A DNA stretch of 59,941 bases, counting the filler, from Hausera hauseri (taxonomy: Eukaryota): assembly GCA_046269625.1 (NCBI GenBank). It is 10 parts of 10 records of this genome, joined end to end, with 100 filler letters (N's around TTAATTAATTAA, not from the genome) between each part and the next. Parts side by side here need not be neighbours in the genome. Positions count along the whole stretch, not along the records: positions 34,366 to 38,574 come from JBJURY010700216.1; positions 38,675 to 43,827 come from JBJURY010320827.1; positions 43,928 to 48,374 come from JBJURY010576783.1; positions 48,475 to 55,252 come from JBJURY010066549.1; 6 more parts are not named here. One strand, written 5' to 3'. Positions 37,671 to 50,799 of the stretch are shown here, piece by piece. Both the position numbers and the translations under genes were made by a program. Numbering within the stretch: position 1 is the stretch's first letter; each line of letters begins with the position of its first letter. The notes under the pieces are model-generated. The model worked only from the letters and a program-made list of their open reading frames with translations, had not been told where the DNA came from and made no database searches.

Positions 37671-38574
37671 CGTATGTCTTATTTAACTGTCTAACGAACT
37701 AAAAACTCGCTTACTCTGTTTACCAATGATTCCCAACATACACGCATATGAGAATATGTCGTATTAGAAGTGGGACATTCCGTATGTTACTCAAAAATAT
37801 AGGAAATTTTGGCTAAATAACACCTATTTTGCATAAAAATTACTTAAGCAATTTGGATTTTGGTAATTATTCACTAAGAATTGAAAATATTTTGTTTCTT
37901 GGCCAATATTACTGGGGTAAAAAAAGTACCCATTTGGAGTCAAGATGTTCAGTATCGAAAAGGATAATATGACAATCTTCATAAAACCAATATGTTCATT
38001 AAATACTAATTAGATTTATATTGTTTAGAAAATCAATAACTTTGGTTTTGTATAAATCTAAATGGAATTAACGTATATTTCGTATGTTTGTTTTATTAAA
38101 CAAGCTCATACTACCCTGTAGACTTTAACCGGTGTATGAACATTATTAACTGAACTGTGATCATTACTAACTGAATTGTGATCTATCATTATTAACTGAC
38201 TAGTGATTGATTTGTGAACATTATTTTGTAATATTTGGAAGTATAATATTTTCATGGAAAATTTTATCACGTATGTCGTAATTTTTGTCAATTTAAGGAA
38301 TTTTATTTGAATAATCACGTATTATCATGAACAAAGTTTGTAACCAGACAAGTATATAAAGACGTGATATCTTGCTACAAACTTAGACCTTTTGATCTTC
38401 CAATTACATGCTTGTCTTCACGTAAGTGCTTAGTTTTGATGGTATATGTTTGTTAACTGTAATTCTTTATTTTTGTGTGAATATCAATTATAGTTTTAGT
38501 TCATTAATTGTTGCTATTTAATAACTAAGTAATTCAGTAAACACATCAAAGTAATTGGCATTATTGGTCGACCA

Positions 38575-38674
38575 NNNNNNNNNNNNNNNNNNNNNNNNNN
38601 NNNNNNNNNNNNNNNNNNTTAATTAATTAANNNNNNNNNNNNNNNNNNNNNNNNNNNNNNNNNNNNNNNNNNNN
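38575..38674. other. Artificial contig linker
   Basis: 44N-TTAATTAATTAA-44N. Confidence 0.99.
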
Positions 38675-38699
38675 GTTTCAATGTGTGGTCAGCTTCCTG

Positions 38700-39530
38700 T
38701 GCTTGTTGTGGATACTTATTGCGATTTCAAATACATACCGGCAGTGAGGGCAATCAAGAGAAAGACCTGACACATCCTGTAGTGACCTGATTGAGGAATT
38801 GGCATCACATGACATTTCTGTTTGTGGTACATATCGAACCAATCGCACTGGATTCCTCAAAGAGCTTGTTAATAAAACAAATTTGAAGAAACTGAAACGA
38901 GGCGAATGCATCTTTCAGCATAAATATGAAATAATTTGTGTTGCATGGATGGACAGAAAACCAGTACATGTAGTTTCCAATGCTTTCATTCCAGAAATGG
39001 AAAATGTCAACAGGAAGAATGTAGATGGATCTTCAGCACTAGTACCATGTCCAATTATCATAGCCAACTACAATCGTTTTATGGGCGGCGTTGACCAGAC
39101 AGACAGGTGAAAGGCAGTTATGGTTGCAATTGCAAGTCCAAGAGTTAGTGGTTACGGTTGTTTTTCCACATGTTTAACCTGGCAATGACAAATTCATTCA
39201 TACTATAAGTACACTGCTACACACTGAACTGGCATTCACCACTGTAGTTCAAACCGATGAAACAATTAGAGTTTCGATGCAAGATAGCTGATTACTTAGT
39301 TGATCATTTCTCTTCCAGAAAACAGACTGGAAGACGAGTGCTGACGCCATTTGCGTCACCCACTCCTTCAGGCCACAAAATTGAAGATATGCGTCAGCTT
39401 GGACTTGCCATAGGCAGGTGTCAGTACTGTTCAGTTAGTCAGAACAAGAAACGAAAACGAAACAAAAGTTTTCGGATGTCCAATGTGTGAAAAAACGGCT
39501 TTGTCCAGTGAAACATTGTACAGAATTTCA
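38700..39530 (+). pseudogene. piggyBac transposase C-terminal half
   Basis: CGTYRTNR; VAWMDRKPVHVVS; CPIIIANYNRFMGGVDQTD; WLRLFFHM; C-terminal GRCQYC. Confidence 0.92.
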
Positions 39531-40379
39531 CAGCAGGCTGTGCAAACTCAGTAGACCGACTGATACTATTTGATCAAGTGAATATTTGGTTACTATCTTA
39601 ACAATTTGTGTACAAACTACGTTTGCTGTGCATTTCAACCTGAAAACCAGATTGAACAGTATAGAATAAAATTGCTGGTGAATATTCAAGCATTTTTATT
39701 CTTGCGCCCCCAACAAATATTGTGGCTGATATAACATTCATTTTCTTTTGTTTCTCGAAATGAAACTGCTTTGTTTATTTTTTCGTCAAACAATTCATTT
39801 AACTGTTTTAAATTTATGCAACAAAAATGCCGATGCACTAAAATTATTAAAATTAATTTTCCGGGCCTCTTCCGTAGCCAATCGTTTCAGATTTCTATCA
39901 TGTACAAATCTTTATTGATAAATGATTTTGTGCTGAAAAAATTAATAATTTTTTCAAAGTAAAAATTAATCTAAAGGATATCGTATCTTCAGGTAATTTC
40001 ATAAATTTTAGCTTTTAAATTTTTTGCACAATTTGGAAAGGGTAATCATGTGGGAATTTTATTATTCTCCGCATTTCCATTTAATTCATTTTCTGGAGGG
40101 ATATTTCTGTCCAGATAATGCTTATTTATAAAATCTCGCAACGCCCGATTAAAAGTGCCTCAACTCTAGCTAGTCTTGAAAAGTCGATGTTTTAAATGTT
40201 CTTATCGTTTTCAAAGATGCTAATATTGGAAGAAATACTTCAAATTCTACGAATTAAACTTTTAATGAAACAGCGTTTGTGCTATACGACGAGACGTATA
40301 AACCTGTAATAGTTGGTTTAGAGTATGTCTAGGTTGCTTAGGAATCTAAATATCTTTTGACTTTCACATCGAGGAATGG

Positions 40380-41045
40380 CGACGAACCGTTGACTTCTAG
40401 TTCATGAATGTATCATTCATACGTTTTTGCACAATTTCGGTAAAGTTCTGCAAAATTCGTAGAAACGATCAAAAAAAGGATTGATGCCATTGTTGTGCCC
40501 AGAAGTGATCTTATATAGACAATGTCAACTAATTTGTACCATTTATTATTGTGAGTGGCACATATTTTATCCTGTGCGTCATTTTATATGACTTTTAGGA
40601 TTATATTTATGATTTCAATTACTGATACGCTAGTAAATAAACTGCAAATGTCAAAGGAAACCATAACTTCTATTGGGTCATTTACTGATTCTTTGTAGTT
40701 CCTTTCTAGAACGTCAAACGTATCTTGTATTTCGAATTTTGAATTCAACAGTGGTTTCAAAGTGATATCAAGCACTTTGGTCACATTATATTGTGTACTA
40801 CCTACCACTGATAACACTGGTATCATATGTACGTTGTGTTTATGTATTTTCGGTAAGCCACAAAGTCTTGCAGGTTGCGATCCAGAACTAAGGAATGCGT
40901 CGTACAAGCATTCAGGTATATTAATCATTTAGCATTTTGCTTAAATTTTCTTCATTACTAAGCACATGAAATTTTCTTAAAGATATTTGTTGACATTTTT
41001 CATTGTTAATAGTTTCATTGACTTTAGAATTATGCGACCCTTATC
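40380..41045 (-). pseudogene. Penelope-like element reverse transcriptase fragment
   Basis: SGSQPARLCGLPKIHK...IPVLS; MVSFDICSLFTSV. Confidence 0.85.
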
Positions 41046-41219
41046 AAATCGACGCCATATCTCAGAAATTAGTGGCGCCATCTGTTTAACATTAACATCA
41101 TGAGAAAGACACAATTTTCTTCTTTCTAACGCGCCCTGGTTTATTCAAATTGAATGACAAATGAAATAGTTATGATAGTTCTTCCTAAACAAGTTTTAAA
41201 TCGATGTTGAAATTTTACC

Positions 41220-42095
41220 ATGGAACAAAGATCGGTTATTAAATTCAATGCAAAACTTGATAAAAGTGCATCAGAAACATTTCAATTGATGCAACAAGTG
41301 TATTGCGATAATTGTTTAAGTCGATCAAATGTTTTCGTGTTTCATAACCGATTTTAGGATGTAGAAATTCAACAGAACATAAGAAACATACAGGAAGACA
41401 AATTTCAAGTCGAAAACCAGAAATGATCCAAAAAGTATATGATTTTATTGAAAATGACCGCAATGCTTCACTGAAAATGATTGAAGAGGTTCTGAATATC
41501 AACCGAAATACCATTCGGACCAATCTTCACGAGGATTTAAGTAAACCAAAGATCTGTTCTACGTTTGTTCCACACACCTTGACGGATGAACAGAGGTCAG
41601 TGAGAGTTAGCCACTTCAGAGAAGTCGTACATTAAATGCTCATCACATTCTTTGATAGCAAAGGAATTATCCATAAAGAATTCGTTCCATCTGGCCAAAC
41701 AGTTACTAGCGACTATTATCTTGGAGTTATGAAGCGATTGATGGCACAATCCGTCGAAAACGTTACGAATATCGAGATGCAGAAAATTGGCCGCTATTGC
41801 ACGATAACGCGCCATCTCATAATTCACTTATTGTTCGCCGATTTGTGACCGAAATCAAGTCTGTGTGCTCAATCATTCGCCAAATTCACGTGATTTGGCT
41901 CAGTACGACTTCTTTTTAGTTCCAAAATTGACAATGAAGTTGAAAGGATGCTTTTTCAAAGATATTTTGACCATTCACACAGCTTCAATGCAAACATTAA
42001 AGGCAATACCACAAAACAAGCTGAATTGTACATTTGAATCTCTTTTGAATCGATGTAACAAGTGTATTGGAGTAAGAGGGGATTATTTTCAATAA
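41220..42095 (+). pseudogene. Mariner transposase with internal deletion
   Basis: MEQRSVIKFNAKLDKSASET; FVPHTLT; MLITFFDSKGIIHKEFVPSGQTV; HSPNSRDLAQYDFFL; GDYF. Confidence 0.92.
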
Positions 42096-42239
42096 ATAAA
42101 ACAATAAAGTTACACCAACAAGATGGCTCCGACCAACATCTGATGGAACACTATTGGTTAAATTGAAGGGCTTGCCAGCAGGACAATCAAGCGTTGTACA
42201 ACATATGTACTTCACGATGTAAGTCATGGACTATTCTCA

Positions 42240-43517
42240 ACAATAATCTAGAAGTGTCACGGCAGCATCAACTGCAAAACAGAAAAGTGTCCACCACTAC
42301 TTATCTTGATATCTATCCTGTATTTGGCGATGTTCTGGTCTATCCTATCAGTACCTCTATTCCATAGTTGTATTTTGACACAACGTGAAGCTGATCAATT
42401 AATACTCGCTTCTTTTAAGATTCTGACCAACATGTGGCATGTGCAATTGGTTGAATTCCAAATCTATTGGATATGACAGTGACGACGTTATTGTTATTCC
42501 ATCTCACAGCAAACAATCCTGTGCCTCGTGGAGTCTTCTAAATACTATCAACATCGAACAGTGGGCAGACATCAGTACGATTGGCTCTTACAGTACCAGT
42601 CGTGAGTACCACTTTCTCGGCCATGCATTGAATCAACTTAGGTGAAGTAAAGAAATTGTCGGTATAGGGGTGGTGATTTAGCCCGTCTGGAATAGCAGAC
42701 ATCAAACTTTACACCACTGAACTACCCAAGCCAAGCTCCTTATCGTTGTTTCCACTGGCTCCCAGGTATAGTTCACACTGTACTAGATATCCCAATCATG
42801 TTTTTGAGCACCATACTTTAAATCCAAACCTGATTGGCTTTCCACGCAAGAACTGTTTAGAGGACTGGTAGTTGTCATCGCAGGACAAATCTTGTTCCAC
42901 TGGCCAATACTGAAAGAAACGTTTGTTCAGCATAGAGTATAGAGGCCTGAGCTTGGATAGCTTGTCACTGCGCTTAAGTGTGATTGTCACAAGCATGTAT
43001 GTAACAAAGCATCTTTTCAAACCTATTCACTGACATAGTTGACGCAACTTCTTCGTTGTGGACATTTCCCTTCTTCTACCAATGCATTCGTACCATTTAA
43101 ACTCCTGTTGCATTTTCGTTTTCGTTATGTCTGGATGCTATTCTCTTCATCACCAGTATCGTTAGTGTTACCTTTATCCTCACCAGCCAATTTGGAATCC
43201 CCTGCTTCTAGTAGAATGCCACTCATGTCATGTAAATCACGTAGGCTGCTTGACTCTGCACCGTCCAAAACACCAATATATCTCCTATCTATAGGAGGTA
43301 TCATCGCCGTAGCATCTGATGCTGGGCGAAGCTGGTTGCCTGTGGGATTGGATACCATACCACCATCATCTTCCGGACTATTGTCTTCATCAGAGCGCGT
43401 CGGATCATCTGGTGGTAATTTGTAAACATTAGCATCCTGAAAGTTAACATCTTCCAGCATAAAAAGTATTTCATGAACGTTGTATCTACAACGTAATAAG
43501 GAAATTTTACCCCACAT
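42240..43517 (-). pseudogene. piggyBac (PGBD2/3-like) transposase, heavily decayed
   Basis: Acidic N-terminus PPDDPTRSDED; DKLSKLRPL; KQFLRGKPIRFGFKVWC. Confidence 0.85.
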
Positions 43518-43827
43518 TTTAAGTGAGACACTTGATTGCTAATTTTTCAAACAAAAGACTGTCAGCTTACTTCTTCCAGCAGTACTTATTGAGTACAAAG
43601 CGTAAAATCACATTCATGTACTAATTTAGCAAATTTACCTTTCACTGATATATGTGGGCTTCAACGCTTAGCGTCCTAAAAAGGACACCTCTTTCAAAGA
43701 GCATTTTAAGAAAACGGTTATTAACATTTAGACTATCACTTGAAAGTATCAAACTAGATTCTTTTGCCACAAAAATTACATATGAATAGTTGACACTAAT
43801 ATAATAATAAGAAAGAAACTTATCTTT

Positions 43828-43927
43828 NNNNNNNNNNNNNNNNNNNNNNNNNNNNNNNNNNNNNNNNNNNNTTAATTAATTAANNNNNNNNNNNNNNNNN
43901 NNNNNNNNNNNNNNNNNNNNNNNNNNN
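43828..43927. other. Artificial contig linker
   Basis: 44N-TTAATTAATTAA-44N. Confidence 0.99.
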
Positions 43928-46900
43928 GCCGATTTTGTTTGTGATCGCGCTACTGTACAACGGATGATCCGGTGAGTAGTTGGACGTGTTCAGTAATTTA
44001 TCTGACCGCATTTGCTGCAGTAGATGTTCGCGATTGACGTTTTTCAGCCGCAGACAAAAACTGTCTGTGTCACCGGCAGTTATGTCAATATTGCAGCCAT
44101 TAAACATTTGCCGCTAACGTGTCAAATGGCGATACTGTAGCGCATACATCCGCAACTTTCTCAGGTCCAATACCATTTGTCCGATGTAATTTGGCCGGTC
44201 CCGAACGACTTCTTCCCAGTTTAACAGCATTGCAGCCAATGCATCGGCAGTGTGAATTGACCGCCGAAACTGCACCTTACTCGTGTACGTGACCAACCAT
44301 TTTCCGCTATTGCATAGGCGTATATTTCGCCGCTTTTTCAGATTCTCCACTGTTTTCCGTACAGAGAATTGTTTTTCAGCTTGTAGTAGTCCTTTTCGAA
44401 CTTTGTGCAAGCTGCAACTCCTTTCTCCGAATTCCTATCTATGTACGCCTTGAATATTGGAGCCTGAGCAAATTGAATTGCACGATGCAGCTGTGTGACG
44501 CGTACACCGAGCTGCATGCAGAACTGTAGAACACACCAATTGACCACGTAATTCAGCTTTGGTTCATGCGTCATGAGCAGTTTCTTCACTTTTGAGCCTG
44601 GCGGACATTGGTTAAATGCTGCGACCGGTAAATTATCCAAAACGTCATGCAGCTCATCCGGTACCACGTGATCGACCTCCATCAGGTATTCGACTGAGCC
44701 TGCCATGTCTGCTCGTGGTAGATTGACCATTATATCCTCCAGATCTTGTATGTCAACAACCCATTTGAGTGAACCATACGGCAATATTTGCGAAAGCGCC
44801 CAACCGTACAGATTATTAATATCAATATACAGCAGTGATGTGGTATCGGTACTCTGACCTGATGCTTGTTGACAGATGTCATGCTGCCGCGAATACAAAC
44901 ATCAAACAGCCGGTACATTTCTGGGTCTTGCAGCAGCTCAATGTCCCGATCCAGTGACATTAGAGCTGACGCCCAACTCATTCCCGGTATGGAATAAAAA
45001 CTACATGGCTCCAGCTTATCGTCAACCAACATTTTCGCTTGAAACGCTTGGAACACATCGGCTAATAAGTACACGTTTAATTTAAGATGCTGGAGCATGT
45101 AATCCAACATGTTTCTACAGCCGAGTTCTGTCCAACACCTCTATGCTTTCCGGTATTCATCCTATGCGATACCTGTCCATCGCCTCGGTAATTTCTCTGC
45201 TGTCCGAAGTCGCTCATACAATGTTGCAAAGTGATATGGGAATATGCCTTTTCTGCGTGCAATATGTACGGAGAACTGCGTCAATGCTATTGGCACATCT
45301 GACAAGGCATTTACCAGCTTAGCAATGAATTAATGAAACGTACCTGGAACCGGTTTATACTGGCAGGCAGTGACAGGTATTTCTCTATCGTAGTCAGAAT
45401 TATGGATAGTTTCCAGTGCGGAAATCCGTTTATTGCCAATTTCAAAACATGGTGACAATCATAATTCCTGGAATTATGAAATTCCACCGGTAGGAATGGC
45501 CGCTCACGCCTTGCTAAATTGCATGAATTACATGCGACTCCGAGATATGGACCGGTAAAATGATCGTGATCCGGTACAAGCCGTTTCTGTGCATAGAACG
45601 GTAACATTTTGTGGCACAGATATTGCAAACGTCAGGCGTTTATCTTCTTTTGTCCAGATCATAGGTTTGGTGCTATTATCGCAATACCACGGTGCAATTT
45701 CCGTTTCCACAATGGTTTGCAACTGCTGCAAGAAATCGCGTACACAATTCCATCCGTGGAAAACATAATATTGAGTTTGACTTGCAGCTTTTATTGGGAC
45801 AACCAACATACTGACGGCGATTGGAACATGATTTTGGTCATATATATTGTGCCCTGGTAAGATAGCTTTGATATTGTCATATACTACATATGCCGGACTG
45901 TCTGTTTTAAACCAATTAGTGAACCTGGGTTCCTGTTTGACGGGCATGACATACATTGTGGTTCCTGACTAATTTTGTCTGAACAGGGTCACATGTTTCG
46001 TTAATGTTGTATCCGACCTGAATCCATCAAGACATACAGGACACCATTTACACTGTATCCGTTTTTGGAGGAAATGGTCATGCTCCATATTTGGTAGTCT
46101 GTCCAGATTTATCACTGCAAAGTAATGGTACTTTTTATTTTGTTCCATTAGCAACAAATTTACTGAGCGGCCATTTAGGTTCCGACTACTATAGAATATA
46201 TCCACATGAGGATTTTTGTAAATTTCTTCATCCGCCGGTATTTCTACCATTGCATTGTACCGGAAAACGTTGATTGCCAGTGTCGGATTACGCCGCTCAA
46301 AAGTCGGAATGGATTTCAATTTTATTGGCATCTAGCTTTTATCAAAATCTAATTCGGAAAAATATTTTTGATACTGTTTTGGACAAGATGCACTATGTCT
46401 GTCCACTTCGTCATATTTCAATACCGCCAGAATACTGTAAAGAAAACAGTATTCATCCTTAGTATTTTTCACATTCACTACCGCCAGAGACTGCTTCAGC
46501 ACTGCAGGTGTCGGTATGAATGATCGTCCAGACAAATATATTGTCACTCGACTTTGTTATGATAAAGCCGCGGGTGACAATTTGTATAATTCGCCATCCA
46601 CTACCCTTTTCTATATAGTTGGCGATTTTCTCCTCGAGCTTTTCGCATACGTCGGCAATAAAATCATTGGCATATGGTACAGCTCGATGTGACAGGTACC
46701 ATTGTTTCCTGTCACCTTCAACGTTTTCATATTCTGCAATTGCATAATACTTCACTTTGCAGCGTTGGTGTTGGAATTTCGCCACTTCTCATTCCAACCG
46801 ATTGCGCACATTTTGCGGAACATATCTCAGTTGCATTGTTATTGTTGTTCCTTCGCCGACATGTTCACTTTTATGTCCACGTACAATCTGTTCAGGTCAT

Positions 46901-47174
46901 ATTTGACATTAATATCGGATTCCTGTTGTATCTGTTCCTCTTGCTGTTGCTGTTCCTGCTGATCCTGATGTTGCTGTTCTTCTTCCAGCCCGGTACTAGT
47001 TCTGATGTGTTTATCCAGACTTGTTGATACTTTACGTTTCCTACTGGTTGTTGTTGTTATTGTTAAAGGGACGCTGCTGATTTTTGTTGATTCCATTATT
47101 AATTCTTTTTTCGACCACCGCTGAAACTGGTTTAAGTGGTCCTGGTGCTCATTGTAAAATTGTTCATAGTTCAT
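43928..47174 (-). pseudogene. Polinton pPolB, same subfamily as 12737-16190, 3' end cut
   Basis: KGSGW; DEYCFLYSILA; DHDHFTG; YIDINNLYGWALS; KLKNNSLYGK; GDTDSF; DNA visibly alignable with contig 3. Confidence 0.95.
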
Positions 47175-47186
47175 TTCATAAACTAT

Positions 47187-47462
47187 TCAACAACCGAGAC
47201 AAATATAGGTCCGTTTACCGTGCACCGTTGAGGCGCGATAGTATTGCTCCATTGCACTATGGCAACCATCAACGTCGTGCACTGTACTTGTACAGTGCCA
47301 TGGGTACATGGGGCAATGCATTAGCATCATCTTCTTAGACTGTGTAAATTGTCCGAGATGACGCATATGCATTTCATAGAAATGGGGGTACGGACATTGG
47401 GTTGAAATATTACACGTCGGACACAGATATGTGTCCATTCCAACGTTGTAATATTTCGCCAT
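47187..47462 (-). CDS. Duplicated Cys/His motif region upstream of pPolB
   Basis: YLCPTCNISTQCPYPHFYEMHMRH and YICLGC.../YEQFYNEHQDH. Confidence 0.65.
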   Translation of the reverse strand: MAKYYNVGMDTYLCPTCNISTQCPYPHFYEMHMRHLGQFTQSKKMMLMHCPMYPWHCTSTVHDVDGCHSAMEQYYRASTVHGKRTYICLGC

Positions 47463-48374
47463 CTGTTTATGAAACTGTTTTGCCTCCTCACGTATGCGAG
47501 AGATACAGTATATGGGATATTGTGAACAGTTCTAAATTTAAACAAATTAAAGAAAATGTTAACTTTAAATTGAAAACATTAAGTACAATTATATAATAAA
47601 TTGATATACACAAACTTATTTCTCTTACGCAGGTATAAATATATCAGCTATATTACATATTACAACTTAAATGGAAAAGTACATTTAGAGTGAAATTCGG
47701 AAATGGACAGATGAAATAATGACTGGACACGTGTTTAACGTTCCGTATCTATGTGAGCTGACAGAAATCAGGATAATGAGCAGACGACAGTGTATTGAAA
47801 TAATAGTCCCATCTCCCTTCATAAAACTTATTTAAGATGAGTGGAAACGAAAGCGGCAACGACGTATTAATTTCCTCAATGGAATTGTATATTCTGCTTC
47901 GCTTTGTATTGTAATGAAAAAGTTGATTAACCGTATTTAGTCAAAAATTTTGCTGCTTGTTTTCGTGACTTAATATGATTTCTTTGTTATATTTCAGTAC
48001 AAATACATGCGCTTCTTTACGGTATGACATTACGACATGTCCCATTTAACAGAACACATTCGTTTATATCACTCGTTTGACCGTCTCCGAAGTTTATTTA
48101 AAATCTTGATCGACCTTTACATGAAGCACGATACTGTTCGCTCGAAGAGATACTCCGGCGTGTTGAGGAGAATTGGAGGGCACGAGAACCTTATCTACGA
48201 CATATAAAGCAGGTTTTTGTTGACACGAACACGATTTTCGGCCCGATTTTTCGCTCCTATCAGAAATTGGCATTGCATGACAATCCACGTCAAATACGGT
48301 TTGAGGAATACTTAGTCAAAGGTGATTGCAACATTCCAACGTGACAGTGAGCAGATCGGATTTGTTTCAAGCAA

Positions 48375-48474
48375 NNNNNNNNNNNNNNNNNNNNNNNNNN
48401 NNNNNNNNNNNNNNNNNNTTAATTAATTAANNNNNNNNNNNNNNNNNNNNNNNNNNNNNNNNNNNNNNNNNNNN
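48375..48474. other. Artificial contig linker
   Basis: 44N-TTAATTAATTAA-44N. Confidence 0.99.
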
Positions 48475-48920
48475 GTAAGAACAATCGGTCCATGATCACG
48501 ATACGGACATCGGATATTGTCAGGTACCATCGACAGCGAGTGATTTGATGTTGTTGAATACGTCTTCGTTCGCAACTCGGGAAACTGTGAATGGAGTTAT
48601 GTAAACTTTTGTCCGTCAATTTGATCTTTAATGTAAAATATTGTATTTTTAATGTCAAAACGATCACAAATGTCTCGCATAATATACGTCGCACAGAAAA
48701 TTGAATTGCCTTCATATCAATGAAGTTTATGTCGATGTCGAAAGAGAAATCCGTTTGTAATTTTCGCTTTTTCCTTCAGATTTTTCCACACAATACCAGG
48801 CTTGAATATGTACACAAGCAGTTCAAAAATGTTACCTACGTCCATAATGCATAATTCCTTTATTATATACCGGGCATTATCATCTTGGAAAGCTTCAATA
48901 TCTATAAATCCTGTTGCCAT
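48475..48920 (-). pseudogene. DEDD-type exonuclease-like protein
   Basis: MATGFIDIEAFQ...YIIKELC...IFKP...HKLH*YEG (ExoI DxE motif). Confidence 0.65.
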
Positions 48921-49001
48921 TAATTATCATGTACAAAATAATTTTTTGTTTATAACACAAGCAAAAACAACTAACTATTATTATTATCATTATCGCAATA
49001 A

Positions 49002-49445
49002 CTAAACATAGGTGGTTTTGTCCATATCACCAAAGCCAAATTCTTTGAGTTCATTTCGTGTCGATTCATTGACACAAAACAGTCCCCATTGTTTTGGCGA
49101 CATGACACTGAATTCCGCCTCTTCACGGCGAAGAATAACGATTTGTGCGATTGCACTGCCTTTCGAAAAAGCATACGGTTCGCCGGATTGGTTTTCTAGC
49201 AACAGCTAAATATCACCACGAAAGTTTAAATCAATAGCGCCGCCCACAACCATCAGTCCGAGCTTTACAAGTCCACTTTTCGATAAAAGTTGGCCATAAT
49301 AACCGGGTGGAATCGCCAGTCGAATGCCAGTCGTTATGCATTTGATTGTACTGCCCAGAATTGTCGTAGCCTGCACTTTTTTTGTAACACGTCTCGGTAC
49401 AAAGGCATTTTCGTCTGTTAAGATAATCTTTACATCATTCATTAT
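49002..49445 (-). pseudogene. dut: dUTPase
   Basis: AFVPRR; TGIRLAIPPGYYGQLLSKSGL; GGAIDLNFRGDI*; GSAIAQIV; RNELKEFG. Confidence 0.92.
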
Positions 49446-49519
49446 CACTATTCTTATGTCAATATTAACATTACACGTANNNNNNNNNNGGTAAAACAAT
49501 AAAATTTATTAATAATTAA

Positions 49520-50110
49520 AATGTGCTTCAGTTACACGCCAAATCTGGCTTTTTATACCGGCTTTTCCTTGTATCCCTGCAATACAATATTCAGTCAACA
49601 CTAAACCACCACCACCATCATCGTGGGTAAATGAGACATTTTGCGACCGATAAAATCAAACAATTTCGTTTTCTGCGCCGGTAAATAGACAGACTGCTGT
49701 TGTACGGTCGTTTCGTTTAACTTTAAATCAACGTTTAATTGATGTACAGCATCAGAAAGTTTATCCGAATTTTTACCAGAAAGCCATTTTACACGATAGT
49801 TGTACTTGGGTGTGCGTAGAGACAACGGATCATTCAATGAAATCAGTACGGGGGTTTGCAGAAAATGCATTTCATACTTGCGAAAAATTCGTTTCGGTAA
49901 AAATATCTGTGTTTGACGCTCCGACGGTTTTGATTTTCCTTTACGTATTCCAGTCATTGCATTTCGCCTTTTTAACGTCGGTTTTGCTGCTGCTGATGAT
50001 TTCTGAGCAAGGTCCTGTTTCGTTTCCAGACAATCGATCTGACGACAATCGTTCGGTTTTTTTAATTGTTGGACAGGTTTCAGCAGTTTGACATTAGAAT
50101 TGTCCTTTTG
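49520..50110 (-). pseudogene. Conserved Polinton protein of unknown function
   Basis: ORF 49601..50161 plus frameshifted tail LQGYKEKAGIKSQIWR, homologous to 11998-12449. Confidence 0.55.
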
Positions 50111-50120
50111 NNNNNNNNNN

Positions 50121-50768
50121 CCAATCGGAATTTTTATCATACGCACAACCATCATCATCATTGAGTAAAATCATTTTATCGTCGTCGTCTTTCATAGCAG
50201 TAATGTCTGAATGAGCATGGGAATGGTATTTATAGTTTGTTATTCTTGTGCAATGTACATTATTTTGATTCTCTAAAACATTTATGTGGTTTTTAATTTG
50301 ATTAATAATCGGTTCATAGTCCACTGTCTGAATACCGAGTACAACGATTTTTCTACTCCTAAACACATTGACACAAAGTGGGCAAAATGATGTAAGTCTC
50401 AGTGCAGGAAACAGTTCGGGTTCATGCACAAATTCAGCAGTGACCATTGCTAATTTGTACAGATTGATTGTTTGGTGGTAGTCTAACTGAGTCGTTACCG
50501 TTAATAATTGGATTTGGTTAATGACAATTCCGAGTGGCAGTAGTTTACTGTTACTGTTGTTAGCTGTGATTGGTTTGCGACAGCCCATAATACGACACTT
50601 TTCCGATTGAAATATGATGCATGTAAAATCCGGTGGACACTTGAGGACATACTGCATCGGCTTCCATTGATTAAAATGTAGCGCGTTAATGTCACACCCG
50701 GTAACATGTCCGCGATAGTTGATATTAGCGAATATTGTGGAAACAGTGTTTATACTATAGCTATTCAT
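50121..50768 (-). CDS. TATA-box-binding protein (TBP)-like protein
   Basis: Two TBP repeats: FANINY...TCIIFQSEKCRIMG and IQLLTVTTQLDYHQTINLYKLA...HEPELFPALRL...VNVFRSRKIVVLG, compared with TBP TALIFSSGKMVCTG and YEPELFPGLIY...LLIFVSGKVVLTG. Confidence 0.85.
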
Positions 50769-50799
50769 ATGTGCGTGTAACACGATTATAAACAAATCA

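Noticed and set aside
43125-43517. Acidic 130-aa orphan protein
   Set aside because: Explained as the acidic N-terminus of the adjacent piggyBac transposase.
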